A DNA stretch of 64,000 nucleotides, from assembly GCF_001194135.2 (NCBI RefSeq), contig NC_068987.1, forward strand, positions 17,174,487 through 17,238,486, in the 5' to 3' direction. Position 1 is the first letter of the stretch, and the number at the start of each line of letters is the position of its first letter. Below, in pieces: positions 24,628 through 37,579 of the stretch. The notes under the pieces were generated by a model, which did no database searches, was not told where the DNA came from, and was given only the letters and a program-made list of their open reading frames with translations. Origin of the DNA: Octopus bimaculoides (Eukaryota). The position numbers and the translations under genes were made by a program.

Positions 24628-26481
24628 TTAGTATGTGTAGAAATGTCGTGGCGTATACCCAACCCAGTATCGACCGGAGACAAAGTTTAAGGACATCTGT
24701 CCAATATCTTAACTGCCAAGATCGAATAATACCGATGACTTCGCCATTGCATGCCGCTTTTTTTTTTTAAACATTCCGCGATTCAGTTCGTCCTGTGCAT
24801 ATTTGCAAATTTAGGAAAATTATTGAGAATAAAATAATCGAAGGACACCATCTCCTATAAGTTAAATACCAGTAATGAAGTGAGGTCGAATTTTGACGAA
24901 GACGACTCCTTTCTGTTTATGCTAAAGTAACAAATTTGTACTCGAATTACTTGTACTTTTATTTATAATGAAATGTTCACTTATACCAACATCAATTCCA
25001 GAAATAGTAATATCGCTCTCCATTCCCTTTACAACTTTTTTTTTATTATCTTGTTGCCGGAAGTGTTCACCAAATGATAAGCGCGATAAGAAATATCAAA
25101 ACATGGAGGAGTTTTGTAATGGAATTTAATGGAATCCGAATGCATCGCTATCTTTGATATTTAAACAAATAAACATTTATATAAAAAAAAATTGCTTTCG
25201 TGCATTTTTTGTATTAATAATTTTCATCTAATTGCTTGTCGCCAAAGGGAATATCTCTCTATAACAAGCGCTGAAAATGGCGAGCTTCCATTGTAGGAGA
25301 CAGCACGTAAAGATAATTATTCTTCATAAATACTTCAAAATTGTGGGACGCAGCTGATTGAGATGTTAGCAAACAATATCTATAGTGTATGGAAGAGCGA
25401 CAGTTAGAAAGTTTCTATTTTTTTTTTCTTTTGCGGCGATGAGTTTTAAATACAGGCTAGCACAGATTACTATCAAATAGCAATGGTATTCCTAATAAAG
25501 TTCTCATGGTTATTAGCCCTACCCCTACCCTTACAACATGCCTGATCCGCAGATGTCTATGGACAACAGTCCAGTTGCATTCTTGCACATTTTGAGGCAA
25601 TATATATNNNNNNNNNNNNNNNNNNNNNNNNNNNNNNNNNNNNNNNNNNNNNNNNNNNNNNNNNNNNNNNNNNNNNNNNNNNNNNNNNNNNNNNNNNNNN
25701 NNNNNNNNNNNNNNNNNNNNNNNNNNNNNNNNNNNNNNNNNNNNNNNNNNNNNNNNNNNNNNNNNNNNNNNNNNNNNNNNNNNNNNNNNNNNNNNNNNNN
25801 NNNNNNNNNNNNNNNNNNNNNNNNNNNNNNNNNNNNNNNNNNNNNNNNNNNNNNNNNNNNNNNNNNNNNNNNNNNNNNNNNNNNNNNNNNNNNNNNNNNN
25901 NNNNNNNNNNNNNNNNNNNNNNNNNNNNNNNNNNNNNNNNNNNNNNNNNNNNNNNNNNNNNNNNNNNNNNNNNNNNNNNNNNNNNNNNNNNNNNNNNNNN
26001 NNNNNNNNNNNNNNNNNNNNNNNNNNNNNNNNNNNNNNNNNNNNNNNNNNNNNNNNNNNNNNNNNNNNNNNNNNNNNNNNNNNNNNNNNNNNNNNNNNNN
26101 NNNNNNNNNNNNNNNNNNNNNNNNNNNNNNNNNNNNNNNNNNNNNNNNNNNNNNNNNNNNNNNNNNNNNNNNNNNNNNNNNNNNNNNNNNNNNNNNNNNN
26201 NNNNNNNNNNNNNNNNNNNNNNNNNNNNNNNNNNNNNNNNNNNNNNNNNNNNNNNNNNNNNNNNNNNNNNNNNNNNNNNNNNNNNNNNNNNNNNNNNNNN
26301 NNNNNNNNNNNNNNNNNNNNNNNNNNNNNNNNNNNNNNNNNNNNNNNNNNNNNNNNNNNNNNNNNNNNNNNNNNNNNNNNNNNNNNNNNNNNNNNNNNNN
26401 NNNNNNNNNNNNNNNNNNNNNNNNNNNNNNNNNNNNNNNNNNNNNNNNNNNNNNNNNNNNNNNNNNNNNNNTGCGTGTGTG

Positions 26482-26572
26482 TGTAGAAATATATGTATGT
26501 AGAAATATATGTATGTAGAAATATATGTATGTAGAAATATATGTATGTAGAAATATATGTATGTAGAAATAT
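26482..26572. repeat. 16-bp minisatellite (TGTAGAAATATATGTA), about 5.5 copies, at a gap edge
   Basis: Direct reading. Confidence 0.92.
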
Positions 26573-26931
26573 GCCAGCTTTCTGTAACAGATTCCGAAAC
26601 CGCATGCACACCACGCTGGTTGGTTGGCCATCATCATGCTAAAATTAACAATTCTGAGGTACAATCTTAAGCCAATATTTTGGATGTCTTACTTCTTACA
26701 TTTAGTTTCTTTGTAGTGAACATAATCTTATAATCTAGAATCCTTTGTCTTGTATACGCGGCTAACCACAAATAATCAGTGCCATAAATTAACATCACTT
26801 TTGATGCCGCCAGCCAAATATCGAAGACATAGATGTGTATAAGATATTTGACCTCAGCCGACAAAATTAATACCTTAGATACAGTAGCGTTTCTTCATTC
26901 TGCATTGGAGATTGAATAATGGTGACGACAG

Positions 26932-27216
26932 CAGCAGCAGCAGCAACAACAACAACAACAACAACAGCAGCAACAACAATAATAACAGCAACAATATTAA
27001 TAAGATATGCATGCAAGACTTCTTGAGTTCCAACAAAAGCTGAGAAAAAAGAAACAATAACAATGATAAAAAAAAAAAAGAAAAAAAAAAAATAATAATA
27101 ATAATAATAATAATAAAAATGTAAAAATGGCTGAACTTCTAACTTGTTGTCTCTTGAGGTCTCTGGGTGAGACTTGGATCCAACTTGTACAAATGCAAAA
27201 CAAAAGTCAGACATAA

Positions 27217-27260
<44 letters not shown>
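26932..27260. repeat. Clusters of (CAG/CAA/AAT)n trinucleotide repeats
   Basis: Direct reading; source of the poly-L/I/Y/F ORFs. Confidence 0.9.
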
Positions 27261-27262
<2 letters not shown>

Positions 27263-27291
27263 GTAATGATTTCTTCTTTAAAAAAATAATA

Positions 27292-27848
27292 AATGCCCGG
27301 ATGCAGTACCAGGCAGTGGCTCTCATTGCTTCTCATTTTAAGTGATTGGACGTGTTATCATGTACATTATTTTGTCTTGGTATAAAAGATGGGCCACAGC
27401 AAATATTCTGCTCAATACCACATATTTGCTTGTCAGTTGTTTGACCTTAACCAGTTTGAGCATGACCCTTAGTGGCTGAGGATATGTGCATCTCTCATTA
27501 CGAGCAGAAGTAGTGGGGGAGCATCATAGCCATGTGTTGAGAGGAATTCTTTGGAGTTTGAATAATTCACCTTTGGAAACATGGGTGTTTTGCTCATAAT
27601 CCTTAAACGAACCTTATTCAGGGACCTTTTGAGCGGGAAGAGCTACTCGACCTGAAGAAAACTCTAACTGGGCCCCACCTGCAAGGTCATGTGCTGTTTA
27701 TCTTGATATGATATCACCATGTTGCGCACATGTGTTTGTGATGCATGTGCCCGTACCCTTATCAGATCGGTAGTCACGATGGGTATAAGGGGCTTCGTAT
27801 ATTTTACCCCAGTGTCACTTTGATGGCATTCACTGCTCTCTCGCCCAA
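27292..27848. mobile_element. About 550-bp GC-richer interspersed element embedded in (AAT)n
   Basis: Non-coding block from ATGCCCGGATGCAGTACCAGGCAGTGGCTC to CACTGCTCTCTCGCCC with (AAT)n on both sides. I recall it as a high-copy octopus repeat; it is single-copy in this window. Confidence 0.6.
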
Positions 27849-28146
27849 TAACAATAATAATAATAATAATAATGGTATAGAAAGGGTTAAAAGTGCTTTA
27901 GTGTAAAAAAATAATTGAAAACAGATATAGAAAATTATAGGTGAAATTGCAATATTGATCAAAGACTCAGCCTTCACTCGCGAATAATTATGGCTTCGTT
28001 ACACATATCGTGTTTCATTAGCTGTTTTGCGTGTCTATGAAATTGCCTGTACGCACAGATAGGTACTGGACTCTTTCACCATTTGCCCTAGTGGAATATT
28101 CAAGATGTGACAGTTGCAGGTACAGAGAACTATACGCGTTATGAGT

Positions 28147-28226
28147 TTCTTCTTCTTCTTCTTCTTCTTCTTCTTCTTCTTCTTCTTCTTCTTCTTCTTC
28201 TTCTTCTTCTTCTTCTTCTTCTTCTT

Positions 28227-28257
<31 letters not shown>

Positions 28258-28263
28258 TTATTA

Positions 28264-28294
<31 letters not shown>

Positions 28295-28303
28295 TATTAT
28301 TAT
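28147..28303. repeat. (TTC)~36 followed by (TTA/TCA)n
   Basis: Direct reading; uninterrupted TTC run 28147-28254. Confidence 0.97.
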
Positions 28304-28441
28304 GAAGGCAGCTGGTTGGCAGAACCGTTAGCGTGGTCGGATAAAATGCTTAGCGGTATTTCGCCCATCGCTATGTTCTGAGTTCAAATTCCGCCGAGGT
28401 CGACTTTACCTGCTGCCCTTGTGGCAAAAATTTGAAATCAC

Positions 28442-28478
<37 letters not shown>

Positions 28479-28606
28479 AATCGGTGAAGTGGCAGAAACG
28501 TTACAAGGCCTAGCAAATTGTATAGTGAAATTTCGTGTACCCTTAGGTTTTGAGTTCAAATCCCGCCGAGGTTGACCTTGCCTTCATCTTTTAGGGGTTG
28601 ATAAAA
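28304..28606 (+). mobile_element. Two tandem SINE family B heads separated by (ATT)n
   Basis: GGCAGAACCGTTAGC...GTTCTGAGTTCAAATTCCGCCGAGGTCGACTTT (28304-28410) and GGCAGAAACGTTA...GAGTTCAAATCCCGCCGAGGTTGACCTTGCC (28482-28606). Confidence 0.85.
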
Positions 28607-28834
28607 TCAACTTCTCTAACAACGTGACAGACGTACATAGAACCCCAGAATGGGAGCCGACGTTCACAGGATGTTTGTATCCTGAGGTCTTAGCATAAAG
28701 GTCCAATTTAAGTGTGTATAGGAGGCTACGTTAGTTATACAATGAATTTGATTTTCAATGGCACCTACACATCTATCAGCCCAGCAGCAACAAAATAAAA
28801 AATGAAAGCGAGCACTTGTGAGTGTGCATGTGTG

Positions 28835-28873
<39 letters not shown>

Positions 28874-28874
28874 A

Positions 28875-29390
28875 TAGGAATCGAGGTTACTGATATTTTT
28901 AACCCCAGGAGGATATTCGATGCAATCTCCACTCGTCAAAAATAGTAGTAACGTCGGCTCCTACCAAACAGCCATGTTTAAATGACAATAAACATCACTT
29001 CTCAGTATAGTTAGTGCTCTTATCTCTTACAGAAAATTTTTATGATGTTAATTTCGTTGTTGCAAAATCAGTGACCGCATGTTGCTTGATTTTAAGTATA
29101 TTGCGAGCTGGAGTGAATTACTGCTATCTCTAGCGGGTGAATATCCACCACCGAGGATGACCGCAAAGCGGTCGAGACCCTACGATACAATGGTTTCGTG
29201 GCAAGGAAATGGTATGGGGTCACTCCACTGCTTGATATATATATCGGATGCAGATTGCATCGAACGACCAGCCGGAGGAGGCGGCCTCCTGGGGTTAAAA
29301 ACAGCAGTAACATCGGTTCCTACAGATCATTCATGTTTAAGTGACGATAAACAATGTCAGAATAGTTACTGCTTTCATCTCTTATAAAGA
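28875..29390. repeat. Unclassified structured repeat present as inverted and direct partial copies
   Basis: 28875-28930 is the reverse complement of 29252-29322 with a deletion; 28938-29040 is a diverged direct copy of 29297-29390. Confidence 0.75.
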
Positions 29391-29531
29391 TTTTATAATT
29401 AGTTTAGAGGTAATTAGATTGGAATATAAATGCAAGAAACTAATTGACTGTGATTTTATTCTCATTCATAATTGTTCTTCTAGGATTCTAAATTTTGTAG
29501 CATTAATCCGATAATATTAGTAATAATAATC

Positions 29532-29747
29532 AAGCCAGCGACCTGCCGGGCGAAATTCTTAGCGGTATTTTGTCTGCCGCTACGTTCTGAGTTCAAATTC
29601 TTCCGAGGTCGACTTTGCTTTTTATCCCTTAGGGGTCAATAAATTAAGTACCAGTTACGCACTGGATTCGATATAATCGACCTAATCCGTTTGTCCGTCC
29701 TTGTTTGTCCCCTCTGTGTGTAGCCCCTTGTGGGTAGTAAAGAAATA
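29532..29747 (+). mobile_element. SINE family B
   Basis: GCCGGGCGAAATTCTTAGCGGTATTT...GTTCTGAGTTCAAATTC...AAGTACCAGTTACGCACTGG...TAGCCCCTTGTGGGTAGTAAAGAAATA; same subtype as 54420-54697. Confidence 0.9.
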
Positions 29748-29784
29748 ACACACACACATACACACATATATATATATATATACA

Positions 29785-29870
29785 TACGACAGCCTTCTTT
29801 CAGTTTCCGTCTACCAAATCTACTCACAAGCCTTCGGGTGGCCCGAGGCTATAGTACAAGAGCCTTGCCT
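29785..29870 (-). mobile_element. SINE family A body fragment
   Basis: CTTCTTTCAGTTTCCGTCTACCAAATCTACTCACAAG...GAGGCTATAGTA. Confidence 0.85.
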
Positions 29871-30159
29871 ATATATATAACGTTATATTGCTATGCACAT
29901 TATATAACAGAAAACACAACAAAGTGGGTGAAAATTACATTAAAAATTCCAACTGAGTCATTGGAGAATTTGTGTGTAATTAATCGATGCCTTACTTAGT
30001 TTTATAGAAATCCGGTACAATAAAGTAGTCGATAGACTAGAATAGGATAGGAAATAGGTGACCTTTGATAACTTTCTCCGCTAGGGGAAATGTTTTTGAC
30101 TTCTTAAGAAACTATAATTTCCCTGATGAAATATCTGTATCTATCTATCTATCTATTTA

Positions 30160-30660
30160 TGACAGGCATGGCAGTCTGTTAAGAGCTTTGCTTCTCAATC
30201 AAATGGTTCCGCATTCAGTCCCACTTCGTGGCACATTGGTAAATTTCATCTGTTGAGTGGATTTGATATAGGGAAACTGAAAGAAGCCCCTCATATATAT
30301 ACATGCAAATATATATATATCTGTGTGGCTGCGGGTGGGTGCATGTGTGATGTGTGTGTGTGTGCATGTGTGATGTGTGTGTGTGTATGTTTGTACGTCT
30401 ATGTGCGTGCGGATATGTGTGTGTGTGTGTGTGTGTGTGCGTGTGTGTCTGTTTCTACATGTTTGTGTGTGTGTGTATGTCTGTGTTTATCACCACCTCT
30501 GCCTGGAAACCGGTGGTGGTGTTTTTACTATCCCCTAACATGGTGGTTTGATAAACGAGACAGATAGAATAAGTACCAAACTTCAAAACAAAGGATTATG
30601 TACAGGGGTCAATTCGTTCGACTAAAATTCCCAATGATGGTGACTGAAACTAATTAAAAA
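30160..30660 (+). mobile_element. Degenerate SINE family A copy with expanded (TG)n interior
   Basis: GGTTCCGCATTCAGTCCCACTTCGTGGCACATTGG...GGAAACTGAAAGAAG...GATAGAATAAGTACC...GGGGTCAATTCGTTCGACTAAA. Confidence 0.75.
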
Positions 30661-32337
30661 ATATAAGATAACATATAGTGTATAAAATTCATTATAAAAT
30701 CATTCATTATAAAATTAAAATGTTATCTTACATATTTTATTTAATATGTTAAATATATATATAATTACATTTTGACAGCAACGATATTAATAATAATATC
30801 CTCAAATTTTCTTAATATATTTTCATACGTAAAAAAATTTTCTTTAACGAAGCCTTTAAAAAAAAAATTACATCGAATTCAATGCAGCCTTCAGAGACAT
30901 ACATAAATACATAGATACATAGATATATACATACACAGATAGTATATATATATATATATATATATGTATGTACGTATGTGCATATATATATTTATATATA
31001 TGTATGTATATATATATAAATATATCTATGTATGTATGTATGCGTGTATATATAAATTTACTCCTTCTTTTAAAAGATTTCTTCAAATATGATGTTTTAA
31101 TGAAATCAACGGCTTATGTTTGGTCTGAACCTCCTGCACTGAGTCCCAGCCAATTCGATTTAAGTAACATTATGAGGAATGTTATTCTGAGGCTATACCA
31201 TAGTATAAAAGGTAGCATACTTTATAACTTGCTTATTATTTCGTTAGTACAGTAGAATGTATTCAAACGTTTCTGAAAATGAAAAGTATTCAGATGGCGA
31301 AAATGGAAATTCAAGTGCCAATTTTATGTTAATAAACCGCTGTTAACGTTTCTTTTGAGGTTTTAACAACAAAAAATCTGTTTCTCAGAACTATTATGTT
31401 TCGTCTATTTCACTCCACGTTGACTTTCCTGGTTTGTGGAAACCTTTGATAAAAAAAGAAACGCAAAGAAGAGAAATGAAAAGAGAACACAAAAAATTAC
31501 ATGTATTGTACATTGAGGCAATGCAGTTAATTCACTTTAAACCTTCGCCTGTACAGCATATCCCTTTTGATACACAGTGAGTCTTTCCCTGGCGTACAAA
31601 CAAAATATATGATACATATTCCTTATTGTTTTCATCCATAACATTAACCTCGGGTTTGCGAATGCAAAGCTTTATATTACTCAGAACGTATGAAACAAAT
31701 GCTAAAACTTCTGAAAATGAGCTTTTAGGGCGAACTTATCAAAATCCTTTGCACAGCCCCAAAGTTTTTACGTAAAAGGAGTTTTGAATGTGAAAATTGC
31801 TAAACCATCGACACGATATAGATATTCTAAAACTACCTAGATCTTACAAGATAGAAGTTCTATAATGTGAGACGATAACTCAGTAATTATTTCAATCAAC
31901 CGATTCGTATTCCGCAAGATTTAAAATTTACTTTCTCTTAATTTTTTTCCCCCCATTGTTAGGACTAACAAAATAGTTGCCATGAATTTGATTTGGGAGA
32001 TTTAATAGATCATGCTATCCGTTTAGCATATTCGGAACTTCGAATCAATTTATAAAAACATTACTCTCGCGAATTAAATATTTTCAGCATGCAATGCTAA
32101 TAATATATAAGATAAGGACGCATTGCAGTAGTTACGTTTCTATATAATCTTTATGCATCTGATGCCCCTTATGACTAAGTATTACATTTACAGGATGTTA
32201 TATAACTCTATCAAACTGATTGCAGTAATTTCTGGTAGTTGATAATGATATAGAGATGTATTATCAATAGCTTCACAATGAGACCATAAAGCCATATATT
32301 GCCTAATATTTCTTGTTGTATTATTAAGCCATTAAAA

Positions 32338-32745
32338 AAGGCGACGAGCTGGCAGAACCGTGAGCACGCCATAGTAGCATTCGTCCCTGTTTACGTTCTC
32401 AGTTCAAATTCTGCCATGGTTGACTTTGCCTTTCATAATTTCGATGTCGATGAAACAAGCACCAGATTACCATTGGGTTCAATTTCCCTCTCCTGGTATT
32501 GATGGCCTTTTGTTAAAATTTAAAACCGTCATTAAGTCATTGAAGGAGGGCGGCTAGCTAGCAGAATGCTTAACGACATATCTTCCAAATTTACGTGGCC
32601 ATTTTCACGTTTTGCCGAGATTGATTTTGCCATTCATCCTTTTTGGGGTCAACAGTATAAATAGTGAACTGGGATCAATATAGTAGTCTAATCACTTTCG
32701 ACTACATTTCAAGGCTTGTTTCTAAAGAAAAGAAAAGATCATTAA
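32338..32745 (+). mobile_element. Two tandem degenerate SINE family B copies
   Basis: GGCGACGAGCTGGCAGAACCG...GTTCTCAGTTCAAATTCTGCC (32338-) and GGCGGCTAGCTAGCAGAATG...TTTTGCCATTCATCCTTTTGGGGTC (32548-). Confidence 0.8.
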
Positions 32746-32790
32746 CGCATTTAAAGAATAGTTTTCACTATTGTTTCTTATTCTAGCGAT

Positions 32791-33260
32791 AGGCGCAAGA
32801 GTGGCTGTGTGGTTAGTAGCCAGCTTACCAACTACATGGTTCTGGGTTCAGCCACACTGCGTAGCAACCTGGGCAAGTATCTTCTACTATAGCCTCGGGG
32901 CGACCAAAGCCTTGTGAGTGGATTTGGTAGACGGAAACTGAGAGAAGCCCTTCGTGTATATATATATATATATATATNNNNNNNNNNNNNNNNNNNNNNN
33001 NNNNNNNNNNNNNNNNNNNNNNNNNNNNNNNNNNNNNNNNNNNNNATATATATGTATGTGTGTGTATATGTTTGTGTCTGTGTTTGTCCCTCCAGCATCA
33101 CTTGACAACCGATGCTGGTGTAACTTAGCGGTTCGGCAAAAGAGACTGATAGAATAAGCACTAGGCTTAGAAAGAATAAGTCCTGGGTGCAATTTGTTCG
33201 ACTAAGGGCGGTGCTCCAGCATGGCCGCAGTCAAATGACTGAAACAAGTAAGAGAGTAAG
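32791..33260 (+). mobile_element. Complete SINE family A copy; internal (TA)n spans an N-gap
   Basis: AGGCGCAAGAGTGGCTGTGTGG...GGTAGACGGAAACTGAGAGAAGCC...GGCGGTGCTCCAGCATGGCCGCAGTCAAATGACTGAAACAAGTAAG. Confidence 0.92.
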
Positions 33261-33351
33261 TACTCATAATATAATTTTACAATACAAAATACACTTATTT
33301 GTGCACAGTTAAATAAAGTTTCATTTAACATTCATTCAATGCGGCTTTAAA

Positions 33352-33572
33352 ATATCGGTTTCAAATTTTAGCACAAGCTCAACAATTTTGGAGGTGGGGT
33401 GTGTGGGGGTAAGCTGATCACATCAACAACCCCAGTGATCCACTTATTTTATCGACCGTGAAATGATTAAAAACAAAGTCGAACTTGGCGGAATTTGAAC
33501 TCAGAACGTAAGAACAGACGAAATGCTGCTTTGCATTTTGCCCAGCGTGCTCACGAATCTGTCAGCTCGCCG
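33352..33572 (-). mobile_element. SINE family B
   Basis: GGTTTCAAATTTTAGCACAAG...GGCGGAATTTGAACTCAGAACGTAAG...GAATCTGTCAGCTCGCC. Confidence 0.88.
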
Positions 33573-33932
33573 GCTTGTGGCCTTCAGTTATTGGTAGGTA
33601 GTCATTGCTGTACCAGACTATTGGAAGTTGAGGGTCTTTACTAAATATCTAATCGTTCTTTGAAATTTACCGGGGCAAAATTCTTCGGTTCCTGTTTGTT
33701 ATCCATCAACAAGGACACGATTAAATTTAATGCCATAGCAAACTACATACAAGGACCTTGTCGTCGTCAGCAAATTTTTAATAAATATTGGATGGTTGCA
33801 GCTGATATGACAAATCCTTTTCGAGACTTGGAAAATGCGAATTCACATAATAATTCTTATGTTAATAAACCAGATAAATTATTTCGTTTGATGTTTTCAC
33901 TAAAAAATCTGACAGTCAGCACTATCATAGTA

Positions 33933-34345
33933 TCTTTTATATTTTATCTGTTACTTGTTTCCGTCATTAGACTCCAGTCATACTGGGGCACCACCTCGAA
34001 GACGTTTTAGTCGAATGAAAAAAAAAATAGAACCCAGTACATTTTTCTTTCATTTAAGCCTGGTGCTTATTCTATCGAATTGTTTTGCCGAAATTCTAGC
34101 TTACGTGAACGTAATCATACGAACTCCGTTTGTCAAGCGGTGGCACGGAACAAACAAACAATCACACACGCACGACAACCTTCTTTCACTTCTTTCCGCA
34201 TGCGAAATACACACACATGGCTTTGGTCGGGGCCCCGAGGGTATAGCAGAAGACACGGGTCCAAGGTGTTGCACAGTGGGACTGAAACCAGAACCAGATA
34301 CGTTGTGAATCTAGCTTCTCACCACACAGCCACGCCTGCGCCTAT
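33933..34345 (-). mobile_element. Complete SINE family A copy
   Basis: TTACTTGTTTCCGTCATTAGACTCCAGTCATACTGGGGCACC...ACCACACAGCCACGCCTGCGCCTAT. Confidence 0.9.
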
Positions 34346-34674
34346 GCGTTTCTTCACGCCTGCCTTTCAACTTAGTGTAAACCATATAGACCAAGTCGAA
34401 CAATAAGGGGAAAACAGTAGCTAAGTTGAGGGAGACAGTAAAAATTCTGATAAGCATACAACGAATGCATATAATATATTTGCGTTATATAGATTATAAG
34501 ATTCCTTTAATGTATAACTTTCAAACCATTAAAATCTATAAAGAGCTTATATGGCGGTGCCACAGCATGGCCACAGCTCATGAGCTGAAACTAGATAAAA
34601 TGATTATATGTCATTCAGTAGTTAGAAAATGCATAATGAAGAAATATAGTGTCTTATGAATCTTATGTGTTGCT

Positions 34675-34675
34675 A

Positions 34676-34735
<60 letters not shown>

Positions 34736-34759
34736 CATCTGTCTGTCTGTCTGTCTGTA

Positions 34760-34802
<43 letters not shown>

Positions 34803-34813
34803 TTATCTATCTG

Positions 34814-34851
<38 letters not shown>

Positions 34852-34905
34852 CATCTATCTATCTATCTATCTATATCTATCTATCTATATATATATATAT
34901 GTATA
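34675..34905. repeat. Compound (TATC)n-(TGTC)n microsatellite
   Basis: Direct reading. Confidence 0.95.
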
Positions 34906-36544
34906 TCTGATCTCACTTAAATTTTCTTTTACGTTTCACTGCTTAAGATTTTATATATAGCAAAATTGGTACCAGTAATTAGATACGAGAGTTTTCAATG
35001 AAATTTAGTTGGATGGAATATGAGATTTTGATGTTAATTTTTCTACGTCATGAAACTGTTTAGAAACAACTCCACAGCCTTTTGTTTAACTGAATTTTGA
35101 AACATTTCGATAAAAATTGACGTTGCGTTTTATGAAAAAGATATTATAAATTAAAACTAAAATTACAATAAATTGAACCATTTTAAAGAGAAATGCAGCT
35201 GAATCTCTTCTATTTAGAATTCTATACATGGATTTTTTTGAATGAGAGATTACACAAAAAATCTGTTTACCTTTAACTTCTTGGAGTAAGAATGGAGTAA
35301 AACAGTCAATAAACGATATCACGTGAAATATGACGTCAAATACTATCATAAAACATTAAATGACATAAACGCAGATGACAATCTCCACTGGGGAAGAGAA
35401 ACTGCCTCACATTAAAACTGCATTTTTGTATACACTTTTACGATAGCAATGGAATAAATAGGCTTCAAATGCAAATGTATGTTTGTTGTTTACGATTTAC
35501 AATATACAGAAAAATATTTACTAGCGTCATTGATAAAGGTTTATATGAAGGGGGTTGTTTTATATATATNNNNNNNNNNNNNNNNNNNNNNNNNNNNNNN
35601 NNNNNNNNNNNNNNNNNNNNNNNNNNNNNNNNNNNNNNNNNNNNNNNNNNNNNNNNNNNNNNNNNNNNNNNNNNNNNNNNNNNNNNNNNNNNNNNNNNNN
35701 NNNNNNNNNNNNNNNNNNNNNNNNNNNNNNNNNNNNNNNNNNNNNNNNNNNNNNNNNNNNNNNNNNNNNNNNNNNNNNNNNNNNNNNNNNNNNNNNNNNN
35801 NNNNNNNNNNNNNNNNNNNNNNNNNNNNNNNNNNNNNNNNNNNNNNNNNNNNNNNNNNNNNNNNNNNNNNNNNNNNNNNNNNNNNNNNNNNNNNNNNNNN
35901 NNNNNNNNNNNNNNNNNNNNNNNNNNNNNNNNNNNNNNNNNNNNNNNNNNNNNNNNNNNNNNNNNNNNNNNNNNNNNNNNNNNNNNNNNNNNNNNNNNNN
36001 NNNNNNNNNNNNNNNNNNNNNNNNNNNNNNNNNNNNNNNNNNNNNNNNNNNNNNNNNNNNNNNNNNNNNNNNNNNNNNNNNNNNNNNNNNNNNNNNNNNN
36101 NNNNNNNNNNNNNNNNNNNNNNNNNNNNNNNNNNNNNNNNNNNNNNNNNNNNNNNNNNNNNNNNNNNNNNNNNNNNNNNNNNNNNNNNNNNNNNNNNNNN
36201 NNNNNNNNNNNNNNNNNNNNNNNNNNNNNNNNNNNNNNNNNNNNNNNNNNNNNNNNNNNNNNNNNNNNNNNNNNNNNNNNNNNNNNNNNNNNNNNNNNNN
36301 NNNNNNNNNNNNNNNNNNNNNNNNNNNNNNNNNNNNNNNNNNNNNNNNNNNNNNNNNNNNNNNNNNNNNNNNNNNNNNNNNNNNNNNNNNNNNNNNNNNN
36401 NNNNNNNNNNNNNNNNNNNNNNNNNNNNNNNNNNNNNNNNNNNNNNNNNNNNNNNNNNNNNNNNNNNNNNNNNNNNNNNNNNNNNNNNNNNNNNNNNNNN
36501 NNNNNNNNNNNNNNNNNNNNNNNNNNNNNNNNNNNNNNNATATA

Positions 36545-36742
36545 TATCTTTTAGTTGTTTCAGTCATTAGACTGCAGTCATGCTGGGGCGCACCGCTTTC
36601 AAGAATTTTGAGTAGAATGAATCGAACCCAGTACATTTTTAAGACTACCACTCATTCTGTCGCGCCCTTACGTTACGGGTACGAAAATACACTAATACCG
36701 GTTGTCAAGCGGTGATGAGAGACAACAACAGACAAAAAGACA

Positions 36743-36782
<40 letters not shown>

Positions 36783-36856
36783 GACACACACCTGCAAGAC
36801 GTACTTCATTCAGTTTCCGTCAAACAAAGCCACTCACACGGATCAAGTCGTTGGTA
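36545..36856 (-). mobile_element. SINE family A 3' two-thirds
   Basis: TTGTTTCAGTCATTAGACTGCAGTCATGCTGGGGCGCACC...CTTCATTCAGTTTCCGTC. Confidence 0.85.
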
Positions 36857-37394
36857 TATATATATATATATATATATACATATATATATACATATATATA
36901 CACACACATATATATGTGTGTGAGTGGATGTGTGAGTGTGTGTGTATATATGTGTACATATGTATATGCATATATGTGTGCGTTTGTTTGTGTGTGTACT
37001 TCTGTGTGACTATATTTTAGCGTAAATATATTTGTAGAAAGAAATATGATTCTTACTTTTCGAGGTTACCCTTTTGTTTTATTTTATGTACCTTTCGTCT
37101 GATGTATTGCTCTGATAGGTGTATTTTCCTGTTACACTGAAGTTAGATTAGTTTCACATCAGAAAATATCTCATCCGTTATGTGTAGTTTAGTGAAACTC
37201 AGAAGTCTTCACTAATTCTGATTTTGAATTGTGGTCGGGACACGAGACTCTGGTGTCAGTGTTTTTTATAAATCCACCCAATATGCTCAATCATTTGTCA
37301 GGAATTCTGCAATATCACATTTATAATCATCTTTGAATCAATTATTAAAAATTACTGGTTAATATTGCCGGCATATATATATATGGTTAAGTAA

Positions 37395-37541
37395 CACGAT
37401 TTGCACTCGTGTGGTAGCGGATTCATTTCCCTTACAACTGTCTTCTATTACACTCCCGGATTGTCCAACGTCTTGTTGGAGTATTTAGTAGACGGAAATT
37501 TCGGAAATCCGTCGTATCTGTCTGTCTGTCTCTGTCTTCCT

Positions 37542-37579
<38 letters not shown>

